Virus record (IMG/VR): IMGVR_UViG_3300048672_000851
Span: 13,495 to 77,494 of that record
Reading direction: 5' to 3' (one strand)
Source: a virus
DNA: 64,000 nt
Part shown: one piece after another, positions 37,901 through 46,181 of the stretch
How positions within the stretch are numbered: position 1 is the first letter of the stretch
Layout of the letters: every line of letters starts with the position of its first letter
Notes under the pieces: model-generated
What the model saw: the letters and a program-made list of their open reading frames with translations, nothing else
The model's database searches: none
What the model was told of the DNA's origin: nothing
Translations under genes and position numbers: made by a program

Positions 37901-39189
37901 TCTGCCAGTGCATACTTAGCTTCTTCTTCAGTTAAACCATCGCCAAGTAAATCACGGTATTGTTTGCTTTGTTTTAGCTTTTCAATTTCTGTATTTAAGA
38001 TTCGTTCTTTAGCATCAATAGCATTAGATAAACCTTCTTGTGCCATGCTTACAGTTAAGCCTGAACCAGCAGTAATTTTAGCTAACTGCTTCATGCCTTC
38101 TTCTGTTTTAAGGAACTCTTTACTTAATTTAGAAACTTTAGCTGCGCTATATGCACCCGGAGCCAAACTAGATAATAGTGATTCACTAATGGTTCGTTGT
38201 AATTCAACGGGTGAATCTAATAAGTAAGCACCTGCATCAACAAAGGATTGTAATTGAGCAGCAGTTTTATCTGTCCATTCAATTTTTCCTTTCTCTGCCA
38301 AGGCTTGCAAATATTTCGCGTCTACGTTCGCTTGTCGCTCACTTGACGCTTCATTTGCAAGCCTTGCTGAAGCCAACTGAGAATCTGAACTTAGATTATC
38401 ATTTACAATTTCTTTTGTTTTGCCGAAATCAGGACGTAAGCTAACACCAATTGTACTTTTACCTGCTTTATCTAAAGCTAAGCCTAAATCAATTGGTGCA
38501 ACTTCATCTTTAATTTCTGGAATAAAAGAACCATCTGGTACAGTAATACTTGCACCACTAAAAGGCATTGCTGCAACTTCTACAGCAGCATCTAATGCTT
38601 GAACGCCTAAATCAGCAGCACCATAAGCAACTTGGCCTAAACCAATACCACCTTGAATAGCCACATCTTTGATGTTATCTGCTACTGCTTCAGATGTAGT
38701 TCTTCCATCAACAATGTTTTGTTCAAACTGTGCTGTAGAGTCAGCATTTAGATATTGATCTAATGTAATGCTTGCTGTCTCTTGAGCTTGCTTATCTAAT
38801 TCAGCTTGTGCCAATTTCTGAGCAAGAAGCTGCTCCGGTGGAATAACTTCTACTGGCTTAGGGGTTGGATGTAATTGTTCTTTAACTTTAGCTAAGTGAT
38901 AACCAAGCACTGAACCAGAATCAATTTCTTTATTAACCCGCTGTTCTTCTTCATAATCAGCCATCAGTTGATTTGGATTAAACGGTGCAGGTTGATCACG
39001 TATTGGCTGCAATTCAGATTTAGGATTAAGCGTAGGTTTAATCGCATTTTGGAATACAGATTTTTCTGCTAAAGCTTGTTTTTTGACTTCAGAAATAGAA
39101 GCTACTTCAGCTTTCTTTTGCTCGGCTGTCTGAGCCAAGACATTGAACATACTGGTTAATGGGTCATTCTGAGTAGGTTTGTCTGACAT
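28969..39189 (-). CDS. virion-encapsidated RNA polymerase (N4 gp50-like vRNAP)
   Basis: ~3400 aa; T7-superfamily motifs LEVDGKTNG (A), RNYAKSPLMTWNY (B), NLNDAV (C); nearly Cys-free; SD AGGAGAG before ATG 39189 (ORF track start 39222). Confidence 0.95.
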   Translation of the reverse strand: MSDKPTQNDPLTSMFNVLAQTAEQKKAEVASISEVKKQALAEKSVFQNAIKPTLNPKSELQPIRDQPAPFNPNQLMADYEEEQRVNKEIDSGSVLGYHLAKVKEQLHPTPKPVEVIPPEQLLAQKLAQAELDKQAQETASITLDQYLNADSTAQFEQNIVDGRTTSEAVADNIKDVAIQGGIGLGQVAYGAADLGVQALDAAVEVAAMPFSGASITVPDGSFIPEIKDEVAPIDLGLALDKAGKSTIGVSLRPDFGKTKEIVNDNLSSDSQLASARLANEASSERQANVDAKYLQALAEKGKIEWTDKTAAQLQSFVDAGAYLLDSPVELQRTISESLLSSLAPGAYSAAKVSKLSKEFLKTEEGMKQLAKITAGSGLTVSMAQEGLSNAIDAKERILNTEIEKLKQSKQYRDLLGDGLTEEEAKYALAERAFVNAGSISALVSLASTKLARTGKLEGSGFGLLVDTGTEKGLLRSTGKVAGSTLAEGVQEAAESIGGAVGQNKAEQVTTNPDQDLYKGTGDAAAYGALAGGITAGATTTLAEAPVAGQMAKKALGAVSDKLEKRAESKAYEKEKSEVANPEVFSKVIELLDKNDKEAIVKLDAPIKDKIQALSSKTVLSREITKKKDFEELAATAIELREEAKTNLETRTEEIQKQLEDASVSEDEKAKLEEELVNAKSDYDDIVANVKHIVLRFNNSDLSVETLKKQFQNFKSNDPEMDKVAGGLFRKLGSSIDSFSDDDINKIPDENIRAQVQETVDAYREYKSLFDERSTNEVSKDILGNNEDAGRAKQIRSIKDLMNSFNTSLAEKNDTWSKNTYERVTKLKNRTDSTLASVKSFIDANRASDKQREMYNNLVIEKPIIDAAHKYMSGILGVKDNTVMEASVSPVVEQPKVESIVAKEPVKVESAPVVEDTQEEPTVDLPEQDPVTLKSVTAGKVNFDEIKARVDKRKADKIAAEQEEIKAEEKAKRARLKPKNVNTLKFLKEYKNLSGDLKGGIDTKVVRQTKLELKNLLSNLDVSNYSSETQLLHEKALVELNNSSAEALLTSILEEENNSENLLAGITKPEGVFDKMFETLNKLGSAFKVNNKKISNNLTNIPNFLSTIKDELKKDSHVLRYILGENKIKEEHLEDVSYAVHFVNKFNKSLSAKIALSFKDKSGKDTLSDYFRTQNPLAMFLEEDTKGNLVLNENISTALGYAALVELNNNSTLTSILNDDKTINLIQKKKEKKPVDAVVAKALRDKGTPVYMYADEIGQRVVDMIGISVEGIEFGKEKLVTGLGLAALYTMVEMGLFEVNKVSLDSYLVKEANQTSQNKQNRARNDDVNFIRIKPGSELYEDTQIAINGLAVNGEIIDSLFAGEDLSKSIVHRKPVKATNKIKRSNKKLPADLVNKLQRQNEQPHTIADVADVFMNMDELQQQQLASGTHGVKFEKSHITAKESAEAAGDGIKQEIQTFKNLMKMGLKTFFLENVTYANRRYGIANKIDTMQSKVHRWLVSNANWKTEYDVNNLGFFVHAVVAAFDGKIDVWSPERIKQEFKDIYESDLVQKALDEVDTLSKGEVVNIKSILALNEKYGTKLHLLAGLKALANYRQGLRSNGKFTSDLTLEVDGKTNGFAFSLIQYVRGITADYKEQLNRTGVLSGFRDLAEYYGQGAMDSYQLIAKNLNDMVSDDLQINKLAKDIYKISKKPNRTKEEEILVSLELTKNYKFKEKLKAISTLVGDLVDAEGKVTKAGRNYAKSPLMTWNYNAGRASIARNFATEAVDNFYSELAKFKDKYSEVNTQQERAEISKQYKAYLSNMSAILNVNLKADINHANTFMLTQEQFDKFAVAIQFTYGSLLNTTMQETFPELHNARSAVNDVVYKINEVFGVIYHVEVRKYLNKVKDQGIYHVSKEAHKEIMESIKEMVPSFKGYASEPVYSDREDWMEKSGFVNDANIAENNGFKEGYLARYFGNVMQAAANSKGISLQNVVVNPRELLFGKNTIGKISFNPLNPLVFNKNGTVGEVKSAPIVPEMDNLMFWGNNKIGVAPVLIHNLDAAVISEMMAEFNIYNLNDAVLVAPKDAEAAIIRMNQIFKEVNEKFSISESVYDMASDFSFAVSNYLKNADAKTKHYLENVFEMSEGYGTNEVVFSGLKGLKYVMTLIDARASKGIDNKEVKQKLIDEIGSFGQYGLSGVVYEQNAIDRPELDSTQDNYLNIQEEIKNSLGSSADKMGTFTTIGSKILTTTDQTLQTLEDLQAQDITPTNTEHMERLKAVIEQVGKVMEPVTVLLAKGTDRTRGDYSEETKTARLKLKTVPALMRRGMSDAETFAHEMIHHILEPFVDFKNKHTERLRFLYELARQHIKPEDLIEFDANGNKIANPTQEQIEDAQKMYDYVFYNTESSTRIVANPITGVKEKETKHNGFSEFLAHVATNQNFIRILETNKELNAAFNKGRKYEPTPSNAKSSFVIQAGNFVVELVSRIFEYMNVIQDYFTNPKGSNAHQKAMKLMEQMTQTQEKNLLNTISSYEGKFDLNNKTKDAIKRSLTSEPMRKVAIATNNANPNTVTGFPVYILNKLTKSLMHLGHANSKSISEVIDTQMSKLIHDEQAILAAAGREIQGRNERTSVVHNLRQVSQRYIDAMRINVRTNLKKFVVQDLFKGNLSKATDEALYYGVMKSDLSWFVREGDYTFDQLVQLIESDKNLNARIVELKKQLDDNFEPEIANYYKEHASSLGHYMQTDKHLINCSANNAYLIASLKTTMGIGKTNGDKKLAEKIIDELASIYALKFSGKRKELSELAANNREAFEGSVALQAKSVQYSNQFLFGNNKTQTKKGYVTDITHPKRSLIFAHNQDEVDQLVAQGKELVYENPIPKDPLDPNSTEMYVLVDPVGGLATLNAGVMSFTSETASGTDLIDVANLNGTGSVQNFITGKNDIKTYKDNAMREIEEQLKGNFTKEVNVANPVYTDKGKVVNYRYEMLHKTRVDVLKLQPSFAETIGVTMAHSKDKVNTKLLNRLAVNSLKKDFDKYKDRAGEFKQYVFIGRQSTDPKMRELWHKLPFDTQLAIKDTWGEEGMYVRARSINDVFGFRELRVNDLTESMHKRFNNAFTESMDKLARNSKFMRYEDMTYEALRMAKDIIVVKSGVTGLANIMSNVLLTSMKTGSLVKTITRMIEGFNYTNQYMRMVHEIDQLNLQLEAKNLSDEERKEAISRKLELEGVVHSNPVHFLIKNGVFQTVVEDMDSENDLFSYSTELMDKFKNVTDKVPDVITDLVKTGLMTHDTRLYKLMFKMVQMGDFTARYALYMHNKEEGMEDKQNLDDVMETYVDYDYATHPLISMFNKIGFMIFTKYILRAQKVLVKLAIDKPLTVLFSAVSQYGLGDIEDPYDTMLTLENLLNRLTNAIEIILSAIGETLTLAAIK

Positions 39190-39242
39190 GGTTTTCACTC
39201 TCCTAGATGATGCATCAAGCATACCCCAAGAGATGATCCAAG

Positions 39243-39272
39243 AAAAGAAAAGCCCCTAAAAATAGGGGCTTT
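39243..39272 (-). terminator. intrinsic terminator
   Basis: aaagccccta/taggggcttt stem with U tract on the - strand. Confidence 0.75.
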
Positions 39273-39275
39273 GTT

Positions 39276-40781
39276 TTAGTTTGTTTTTCCAGCTTGCTTT
39301 ATCAGTTCAAACATAGAAGCATCAGCTTCTATTTGACTTCTGTTGATACTGTTTTCTTCATCAGTCTGAAATTTTTGAAGGGCTTTTTTATCTTGAAGAA
39401 GTTTTAATTTAGCTTTAATTGCATTATTAATATCTTCGCCTGAAATATCTAAGTTAGGGTTATCAACTCCACTAATCCAAGCACTATCAAATTTATTTTT
39501 GCCTGCTTTAAAAATAATATCGTCAGTAATAACAATATTGTCATTAATAAAAGCTTTTAATCTTTCTGAATCAGTTTTACCTGAATATTTATTTAATACT
39601 TGTTGATACTCGGTGTCGTTAAGTCCAAACATGTCTTTTACAACACCTGCTTTAACATTGCCTTTGTTATCAACTAAGCTTGCATTAAATAATGCAAGTC
39701 CTTCTGTAGTGGCGGTATTTATGTCTTCCATAATAGAAGAAACGCCATCTTGGGTTAGCTTTTCATCTTTACCTGTCACTTTACTGATAAAATCAGTAAC
39801 AAAAGTAGCGTCATTATTAAATGGCTGTCCGGTTACACCATTGTAGACACCAAAAGTAGATTCAACATCTTTAATGCGTTGAGCTTTTTCAGCAACAACT
39901 TGGTCTTTTTCTTTTGTTAATTTAGCAATAACAGCATTATTGCCATTTTGAACTTTTTTAAGATTTTCTTTTTCAGCAAAGTCTATATTACTGCCATCAA
40001 TACCTTGCTCAACATTTGCATGAGCCAGTAATGTTTTAAGTTCATTACCTTTAAGTCCACTGTTAATAGCAAAGTTATTAATATCATTGGCAGGAACACC
40101 TGCACCAACCATCTTAGTTACTTCAAGCATCTTGTCTTTTAATAACTGACCTTGATTGTAAGCTTGTTGTTGTTGGTTAAAAGTCGTATTTCTTTGTGCT
40201 CTGGCTTCTGCTTCGTTAGCAAGATTTCTTTTTTGATCCACTAAGCTTTGATACTTATTGGTCATAGCAGCCATTAGCTTACCGCCTTGCTGCATAGTTC
40301 CAATTTTTTGTTGGAGTGCAGGCATATCCTTAAGCATGGTTTCAGGATCAACGTAACTTGCAATCTGTTCTTCTAATGGATCAGCAATTAAATTATCTTT
40401 GCGGTTAACTAATTTTTGATCATAGTCAAATTGAGTATTGAGCCTAGTCATTAAGTTATTTGCTGCACTGTCTCTTGCAGCAATAATTGCTTTTGTATCT
40501 ACTGCATTACCGTATTTCTGTCTTAATCCAGCATCGGTAAGAGAAGCAGTAAAAGCTTTTAATTGATCTAAGTCTTGAATAGAGTTTAATGCATCTAACT
40601 CAGCAGCAGTATTTTGATCTACAGCCTTTTTATAATTAGCTTCGTTAGCATCTTTAATTGGATTAAACGCACTACCTAAGTTTTGAAAAGCTTGGCTCAA
40701 ACTACTTGAGCCTTGCTGTAATAATCGTGCTGAATCAGTTAAATCTGGTGCAGCAACGTTTTGCCAAGTAATAGGAGCCAT
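39276..40781 (-). CDS. internal virion / ejection protein (N4 gp51-like)
   Basis: MAPITWQNVAAP N-terminus; position next to vRNAP. Confidence 0.75.
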   Translation of the reverse strand: MAPITWQNVAAPDLTDSARLLQQGSSSLSQAFQNLGSAFNPIKDANEANYKKAVDQNTAAELDALNSIQDLDQLKAFTASLTDAGLRQKYGNAVDTKAIIAARDSAANNLMTRLNTQFDYDQKLVNRKDNLIADPLEEQIASYVDPETMLKDMPALQQKIGTMQQGGKLMAAMTNKYQSLVDQKRNLANEAEARAQRNTTFNQQQQAYNQGQLLKDKMLEVTKMVGAGVPANDINNFAINSGLKGNELKTLLAHANVEQGIDGSNIDFAEKENLKKVQNGNNAVIAKLTKEKDQVVAEKAQRIKDVESTFGVYNGVTGQPFNNDATFVTDFISKVTGKDEKLTQDGVSSIMEDINTATTEGLALFNASLVDNKGNVKAGVVKDMFGLNDTEYQQVLNKYSGKTDSERLKAFINDNIVITDDIIFKAGKNKFDSAWISGVDNPNLDISGEDINNAIKAKLKLLQDKKALQKFQTDEENSINRSQIEADASMFELIKQAGKTN

Positions 40782-40791
40782 AACTTACCTC

Positions 40792-41163
40792 TTAACCACC
40801 AATTGTTCCTTTAGCTGCCCATTTGTCCATATAGGAACTGGCAGTACCATACTTAGCAGCATTCAAGCGTTCACGGTTAGCAGCCAGATCATTAATCTGT
40901 CTGTTATACGCTGATGCTTGGTTTGCTAAGTTAACAGCAGACATTTGTTCATTAAAACGTTGCTGTTGCTTGGCCAGCTTCAATTGTTGAATACCAGCCC
41001 AACCTTGCATCAATGCACTACCTGCATTAGCAGCTACAGGCAGAATACCTGCATTACCTTTTGCTGTATTTCCAATCCAATTATCCCAAGACCAGAAACT
41101 AGGATCAGCGGTGGTACTGCCAACCTGATCTGTCGCCCACTTATTAATAGCGTTACTAAACAT
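40792..41163 (-). CDS. virion protein (N4 gp52-like)
   Basis: QLKLAKQQ..FN...NLANQ..YN pattern; synteny. Confidence 0.7.
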   Translation of the reverse strand: MFSNAINKWATDQVGSTTADPSFWSWDNWIGNTAKGNAGILPVAANAGSALMQGWAGIQQLKLAKQQQRFNEQMSAVNLANQASAYNRQINDLAANRERLNAAKYGTASSYMDKWAAKGTIGG

Positions 41164-41196
41164 ACAAACCCCCTTTAGTTTGTCAATAATATAGCC

Positions 41197-43353
41197 TTAA
41201 AACGTTCCAAAATCACTATTTTTAGGCAACCGAAGCATACGCTCTACGTATGTACTAGGTGCATCTAAACCAAGCACCCCAACGTTCCCTATGTGTGTTA
41301 ATCGGTTAAAAAACTCAGTAGGAGTCTCATTTGGGTTAAACTGGAATACGTATCTACGAGACAAAATGTAACTCATATCTGGAGCTATGTTTTTCTGTAG
41401 TTCTTTCAGTTCATCAAACGCTTTCTCATACTCTTTCATTGTTGCTTCGTAAGTGGCAACAGACTCATTGTAATCATCCGTAACTACATTGTTTAGTGCA
41501 TTCTGAGCCAGCATTGTTGTTTTAAGTAAGTTCTCAGCCCACTCAGTATTCTTAAATCCATACTCATAAGCAGAGTAAATAGCAGCTAAGATAATTAATA
41601 TTTCTACTGCATCATAACCTAGCAAATCAGCTATTTCTTTAATAGCCAGCTTCATTAACTTAGCAATTATGATCTGCTTAATTGTATCAACAGCCAATTG
41701 CTTTAAAAACTCGTATACGCTCATGCCTTGAGGGTTCATCGAAAACAATGAGATTACTATCATTGTAATTTGAACCAGATTTAAAAAATCCTCTGTTAAA
41801 TACCAAGGAATTTCTACTTCGTCCTTAGCGTATACAGTAAGGATTAATGAATCACTAAGTATTCTACTTTGGTCAAATATGCCGATACTTTTAAACAAAC
41901 CAATAATTATTGGAAAATAAATATGGTTTTTACTGCTATCTTGATACTCATTTAAGTAGTATTTAGCTACTACTCCGGGATATGTTTCACCAACCCAGAT
42001 TAAACCTCTGATTTCTATTTCTACATAAGAGCCAGTGTTAATTTGCTTACGAACATAGAAAGATGAATCATCAGCTTTAACTAAAAGTGTAAATTCAATA
42101 AATGGTCTTGTTACTATCTCTGTAGTTACTGTGCCAACTTCACCTATAACTCCAGCAATAACTTTCTTTTCAGCATACAAGTATCTCACTGAATGGGCAT
42201 AGTTGTTATCTTCACCACCTTTGAGATTAATTATGTTGTATTGATCTTTAAGTAAGAATGTCTGTTCTGGACTATTGTAATTAGCTAAGAAATGTTCCCA
42301 TGTTGCTTTAGTTCTGAAGTTATTCACATAAGTAGTCAGATAACCAGCGAATTCAAACAAGTAATCTTTAGTTGCTTGTTGTTCTGTAGCTGGACTAACA
42401 CCAAATCCAACGAAAGCATCATCAATTATTTCTGGATCATTCCCTTGTTCCGTAGACATGATGGCATCAGTAACAGTCTCTAACTTAATACCTAGTAACT
42501 TTAATGCTCTGTATACATCTTTAAAGTTCTCATTTTCTTCATGGTCAATGAGATTTACTTTAGTGTTTCTAATAGATACTGTAGGAATGTATTTGTTAGT
42601 TATAGCTGTATTACCAGCTACTATTTCATCAACAATGTCAGGAACATCTACTTGATCCAATGGCAAATAATAAGCTTCGTCAGTACCATACTCAAATACG
42701 ACTAAACTCTTATTTCTGTCCATCCAACCATTAATATTAATTGGAATGTACGTGTATTCTTGTGTGGTTCCGCCAGTAAAGTGAATAGTTAAGTAAACTT
42801 CACAACCCCACTCTTTTAATACCACTGTAGTAGGTAAGTCCATCCAAGTAACTTTGCTTACTGAGCCAAGTGCATTTATCTCAGGAGGGTAACTACTTAA
42901 TTCTTTAGTAGTGCTATTCCATCCCATAAACTCAGGCATGTAACTCGCCTTTAAGTAATAGAATGGATAAATTCTATCTGTCCAGTAAACTCTGTTATAT
43001 GTAAGCCAGTTCTTACCAGATTTATCCCAGAATAGTTTCAATAAGTCTGAATATGGATACACAAAACTTTTAGTGTTGCGCCACAGTACATACTCACCAT
43101 CTACAGGTAAGATTTCAGGGAAATCGTATTCAATACTGTTTGTATATGTTTGGTTCTCAGAAATTAAATTGTGATAATTCATAACAGAAGCTTTTAAACC
43201 TCTGCTTAGTGTTTCTTTTAAATTATCAGATAAATTTCTGTTATTAAGTACAGAATCTAAACAAGCATCTCTTAATTCAGTACTTTGATTCTTTAATAGT
43301 TTCTGTGTACTGACACCAACTACTATGACCGTTTCATTGTCTAATCCAAGCAT
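41197..43353 (-). CDS. N4 gp53-like structural protein
   Basis: Synteny; IDDAFVGFGV; PWY plus hydrophobic C-terminal region; ETPTEFFNR. Confidence 0.75.
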   Translation of the reverse strand: MLGLDNETVIVVGVSTQKLLKNQSTELRDACLDSVLNNRNLSDNLKETLSRGLKASVMNYHNLISENQTYTNSIEYDFPEILPVDGEYVLWRNTKSFVYPYSDLLKLFWDKSGKNWLTYNRVYWTDRIYPFYYLKASYMPEFMGWNSTTKELSSYPPEINALGSVSKVTWMDLPTTVVLKEWGCEVYLTIHFTGGTTQEYTYIPININGWMDRNKSLVVFEYGTDEAYYLPLDQVDVPDIVDEIVAGNTAITNKYIPTVSIRNTKVNLIDHEENENFKDVYRALKLLGIKLETVTDAIMSTEQGNDPEIIDDAFVGFGVSPATEQQATKDYLFEFAGYLTTYVNNFRTKATWEHFLANYNSPEQTFLLKDQYNIINLKGGEDNNYAHSVRYLYAEKKVIAGVIGEVGTVTTEIVTRPFIEFTLLVKADDSSFYVRKQINTGSYVEIEIRGLIWVGETYPGVVAKYYLNEYQDSSKNHIYFPIIIGLFKSIGIFDQSRILSDSLILTVYAKDEVEIPWYLTEDFLNLVQITMIVISLFSMNPQGMSVYEFLKQLAVDTIKQIIIAKLMKLAIKEIADLLGYDAVEILIILAAIYSAYEYGFKNTEWAENLLKTTMLAQNALNNVVTDDYNESVATYEATMKEYEKAFDELKELQKNIAPDMSYILSRRYVFQFNPNETPTEFFNRLTHIGNVGVLGLDAPSTYVERMLRLPKNSDFGTF

Positions 43354-43381
43354 AAATAAAAAAGGACGGTTGCCCGTCCTT
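43354..43381 (-). terminator. intrinsic terminator
   Basis: aaggacgg/ccgtcctt stem with U tract on the - strand. Confidence 0.7.
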
Positions 43382-43386
43382 CCCTC

Positions 43387-44052
43387 TTAAGGTGTTGCTG
43401 GTGGAGGTGCCACAGGTGTAGCCCCAATCCCTTGAATCGCTTTAAGGGCAACTACATTGATATTACCATCATGCATCCCTGTATCAAGTGGATCAACGTT
43501 AGGGTCAACAGATTTTTGAATTGACCACACATCAGAAAGTATTTTAAGTAGTTTCTGTTCTGCATCACGCAAGAAACCATCACCTTGACGAGTGTACAAT
43601 TCTTTCTGTTTACCAATAATACCTGCTACAGCAACACCATCAATTAAGTCTTTAAACTGAGCTTCTTCAGTCTTCACCTTAGCTTCCAATAACAGTTTTT
43701 CTGTATTGGTTCGAGCTAGTTGTAATTCTAAAATAGCAATTTCTTTATCTGCTTTAATTAGGTTCTTTTCAACTAACTGTTTTTCTACCAGTGATTTCTG
43801 TGTTTCTGCTTCTACTTGTGCCTTTTGAGCCAAGATTAAAGCAGCCTGATTATTGGCTGCTTCTACAGAAGTTACATACTGAATGCTCTGTGCTAAAACT
43901 GTATTCAAAGAACCAAGATAAATTTCAGCATATTCTTTACTACCAATACGCTTAGCTTGAAACTGCTCATTTAACTGAGCGTAAACTCTTGCCATTAGTA
44001 CATCGAATACGCCTGTACTACCATTTGTGATTTGTTCTACAGTAATAGCCAT
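43387..44052 (-). CDS. N4 gp54-like virion protein
   Basis: GVFDVLM...EYAEIY; GIIGKQKELY..Q..GFLRDAEQK. Confidence 0.8.
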   Translation of the reverse strand: MAITVEQITNGSTGVFDVLMARVYAQLNEQFQAKRIGSKEYAEIYLGSLNTVLAQSIQYVTSVEAANNQAALILAQKAQVEAETQKSLVEKQLVEKNLIKADKEIAILELQLARTNTEKLLLEAKVKTEEAQFKDLIDGVAVAGIIGKQKELYTRQGDGFLRDAEQKLLKILSDVWSIQKSVDPNVDPLDTGMHDGNINVVALKAIQGIGATPVAPPPATP

Positions 44053-44058
44053 AGTTTA

Positions 44059-44682
44059 TTAACCTACACGAGCACGTTGAGTATGAGCCAGTTGAGCTAA
44101 TTCTTCTTTGGTCAATGGTGGCAGAATTTCAATAGCAAATTCATTTACCAAGTAACCTTCACGAACTTCAATGCCCTTTTCTTTCTTCATTTTGAATTGT
44201 TGGAACTTACGTTCACGCAACATATCAAGGAATACACATTCAACATGTGTTTCAACGTTAAATGGAATTGCACGACGAATAGTACCAACTACATCGTTAC
44301 CAAAAGTGAAGATCTCAGCTTCGTATTCAGATTTACTTGGATTCATACAAGTAACACGTACACGAATTAATTTATGTGCTTCTTTACGCTTACGAGCTTT
44401 GTAAGCTGTGTCTGATTCATCTGGATAACGATCCAATGATTTAAATTGTAGTTCCAGTTCTTCACCAGTTTCAGATAATTCTTTACCTGCTTCTTCAACA
44501 GTGTTTAATACTTCTTTGGCTTGGAAATGAGCAATGATAAGTTCTTTTAACTTGGCTTCGCCAGATTTATGATGGAAGTGAATATCTTCGGCATCACAAA
44601 TGTCTTTTAATTTTTCTAAACGGTCTTCATCTTCCAGACCTTCTAAAAGTGCATCTAATTTTTCTACTGTGTATTGTGACAT
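44059..44682 (-). CDS. N4 gp55-like protein
   Basis: LIRVRVTCMNPSK..EIFT.GN; EFAIEILPPLTKEEL. Confidence 0.8.
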   Translation of the reverse strand: MSQYTVEKLDALLEGLEDEDRLEKLKDICDAEDIHFHHKSGEAKLKELIIAHFQAKEVLNTVEEAGKELSETGEELELQFKSLDRYPDESDTAYKARKRKEAHKLIRVRVTCMNPSKSEYEAEIFTFGNDVVGTIRRAIPFNVETHVECVFLDMLRERKFQQFKMKKEKGIEVREGYLVNEFAIEILPPLTKEELAQLAHTQRARVG

Positions 44683-44705
44683 GGTTTTTTCCTTATTACT
44701 TAGAG

Positions 44706-44730
44706 AAAAAAGCCCCCATTAAGGGGGCTT
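44706..44730 (-). terminator. intrinsic terminator after the major capsid gene
   Basis: aagccccc/gggggctt stem with U tract on the - strand. Confidence 0.85.
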
Positions 44731-44744
44731 AATTTAGTAGTACA

Positions 44745-46169
44745 TTACCACTTGGCAACTGTTTTGCAAAGTGCAATACGTTCTGGACGAGTTACCAGAA
44801 TACCGTAGTACCATTTGATTGACATGAAGCCAGATTCACCGTATGGATCTGTGCGGTCAGCAGTTTCTTCGCCCGGTTTTTTGTGGAAGATCTTGAACTT
44901 AGTTGAAGAACCACCAGTTTGGAAACCGATTGTAGTAAACGCATCTGAACCAACAACCAACATTGGGAATACATCGTACTTCTCAGTAACACCGTCAGTA
45001 GATGAACGGTAGCCAGAGTTAGCTGTTACAGTAGCACCAGCACGCGCCCAGTACATCATTTCTGGAACCACGATTACACGGAAGTCTGCAACTTTACCGA
45101 TTTCACCTTCGGCCAGAGTAGTACCAGCAGCGTAGTGTTCAGCAGCAACCCAAGCAGGTTCACCAAAGTAATCAGTCATCTGTTCCAGCATTGGGATCAA
45201 TTCAGAACCAACGTACATGAAACGAGCATTGTTGATTACTTTGGTATCAATCATACGAGTACCAGTAACCATCTTGGTATCACGAGGACAACGGTTGTTA
45301 TCCAAGTCAATAGACAGACGTTTCAAACTTGCGTAAGAAATTACTGAAGGAGTACCTTCACCTGTCATTGTACCGTTTGATGTTGCAGTACCACCATAAC
45401 GAACTACACCAGCAGCGTTCAACAAGTCAATTTGCAATGCATCTTCAGTGATTTCGTTAGCACCTAAGATCATTTCACGGTTAACGTGTTGCAGCAAATC
45501 TGCATCAGTATCGAAATCCAGAGATTCTTGCGTGTATTCGGTGAAGAAACCGAACTTAGCAAAAGTACCTTTCAGTTCACGACGTTTGAAACCAACTCGG
45601 TTAACACGACCACCGTTTTCAGTCAGTGATGGTAATTTACCAGAGATGTAACCAACGTCTTTAGATGAACCATACAGGTTGCCTGCTACTGGTACAGCAG
45701 ATTCAGAATCAACAATGATAATGTTGTACGGAGCAACAATAGCATTGGCTTTAGCAGCAGCGTAGTTAGCGCCCGGAATACCTAATTCTTTGCTCAGAAT
45801 TAAGAAAGCTTTAGCTTCAGCTTGAGTTGTTGCTTGTGTTGAGTTTGAACCTTCACCAACAGCATATTTAGTGGTGTACAAACCTTCTTTTACCAGAGAG
45901 ATCTTGATGGTCTTTTCTACAGTAGTAGAAGCACCAGCAGCATCAATACCCATGTCGTTGATGTTGGCATCATCTAACAATGGAATGTATTGATAAACTT
46001 TGATCTCCTTACCCATGTTTTTAGGCATGTTGGTAGTGTCTGCCAATTGAGAGAAGTACTGTTGTTTCTTCGCTTCAATCAGTGCCTTTTTGATCCAGTA
46101 AAAGGTATTAAACTGTGTGCCAACTGTACTTGGAGTACCGCCAGTTGGGTTATTATACTTCATCGTCAT
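44745..46169 (-). CDS. major capsid protein (N4 gp56 family) with an insertion
   Basis: [50 protein letters not shown]. Confidence 0.95.
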   Translation of the reverse strand: MTMKYNNPTGGTPSTVGTQFNTFYWIKKALIEAKKQQYFSQLADTTNMPKNMGKEIKVYQYIPLLDDANINDMGIDAAGASTTVEKTIKISLVKEGLYTTKYAVGEGSNSTQATTQAEAKAFLILSKELGIPGANYAAAKANAIVAPYNIIIVDSESAVPVAGNLYGSSKDVGYISGKLPSLTENGGRVNRVGFKRRELKGTFAKFGFFTEYTQESLDFDTDADLLQHVNREMILGANEITEDALQIDLLNAAGVVRYGGTATSNGTMTGEGTPSVISYASLKRLSIDLDNNRCPRDTKMVTGTRMIDTKVINNARFMYVGSELIPMLEQMTDYFGEPAWVAAEHYAAGTTLAEGEIGKVADFRVIVVPEMMYWARAGATVTANSGYRSSTDGVTEKYDVFPMLVVGSDAFTTIGFQTGGSSTKFKIFHKKPGEETADRTDPYGESGFMSIKWYYGILVTRPERIALCKTVAKW

Positions 46170-46181
46170 AACTCATTCCTT

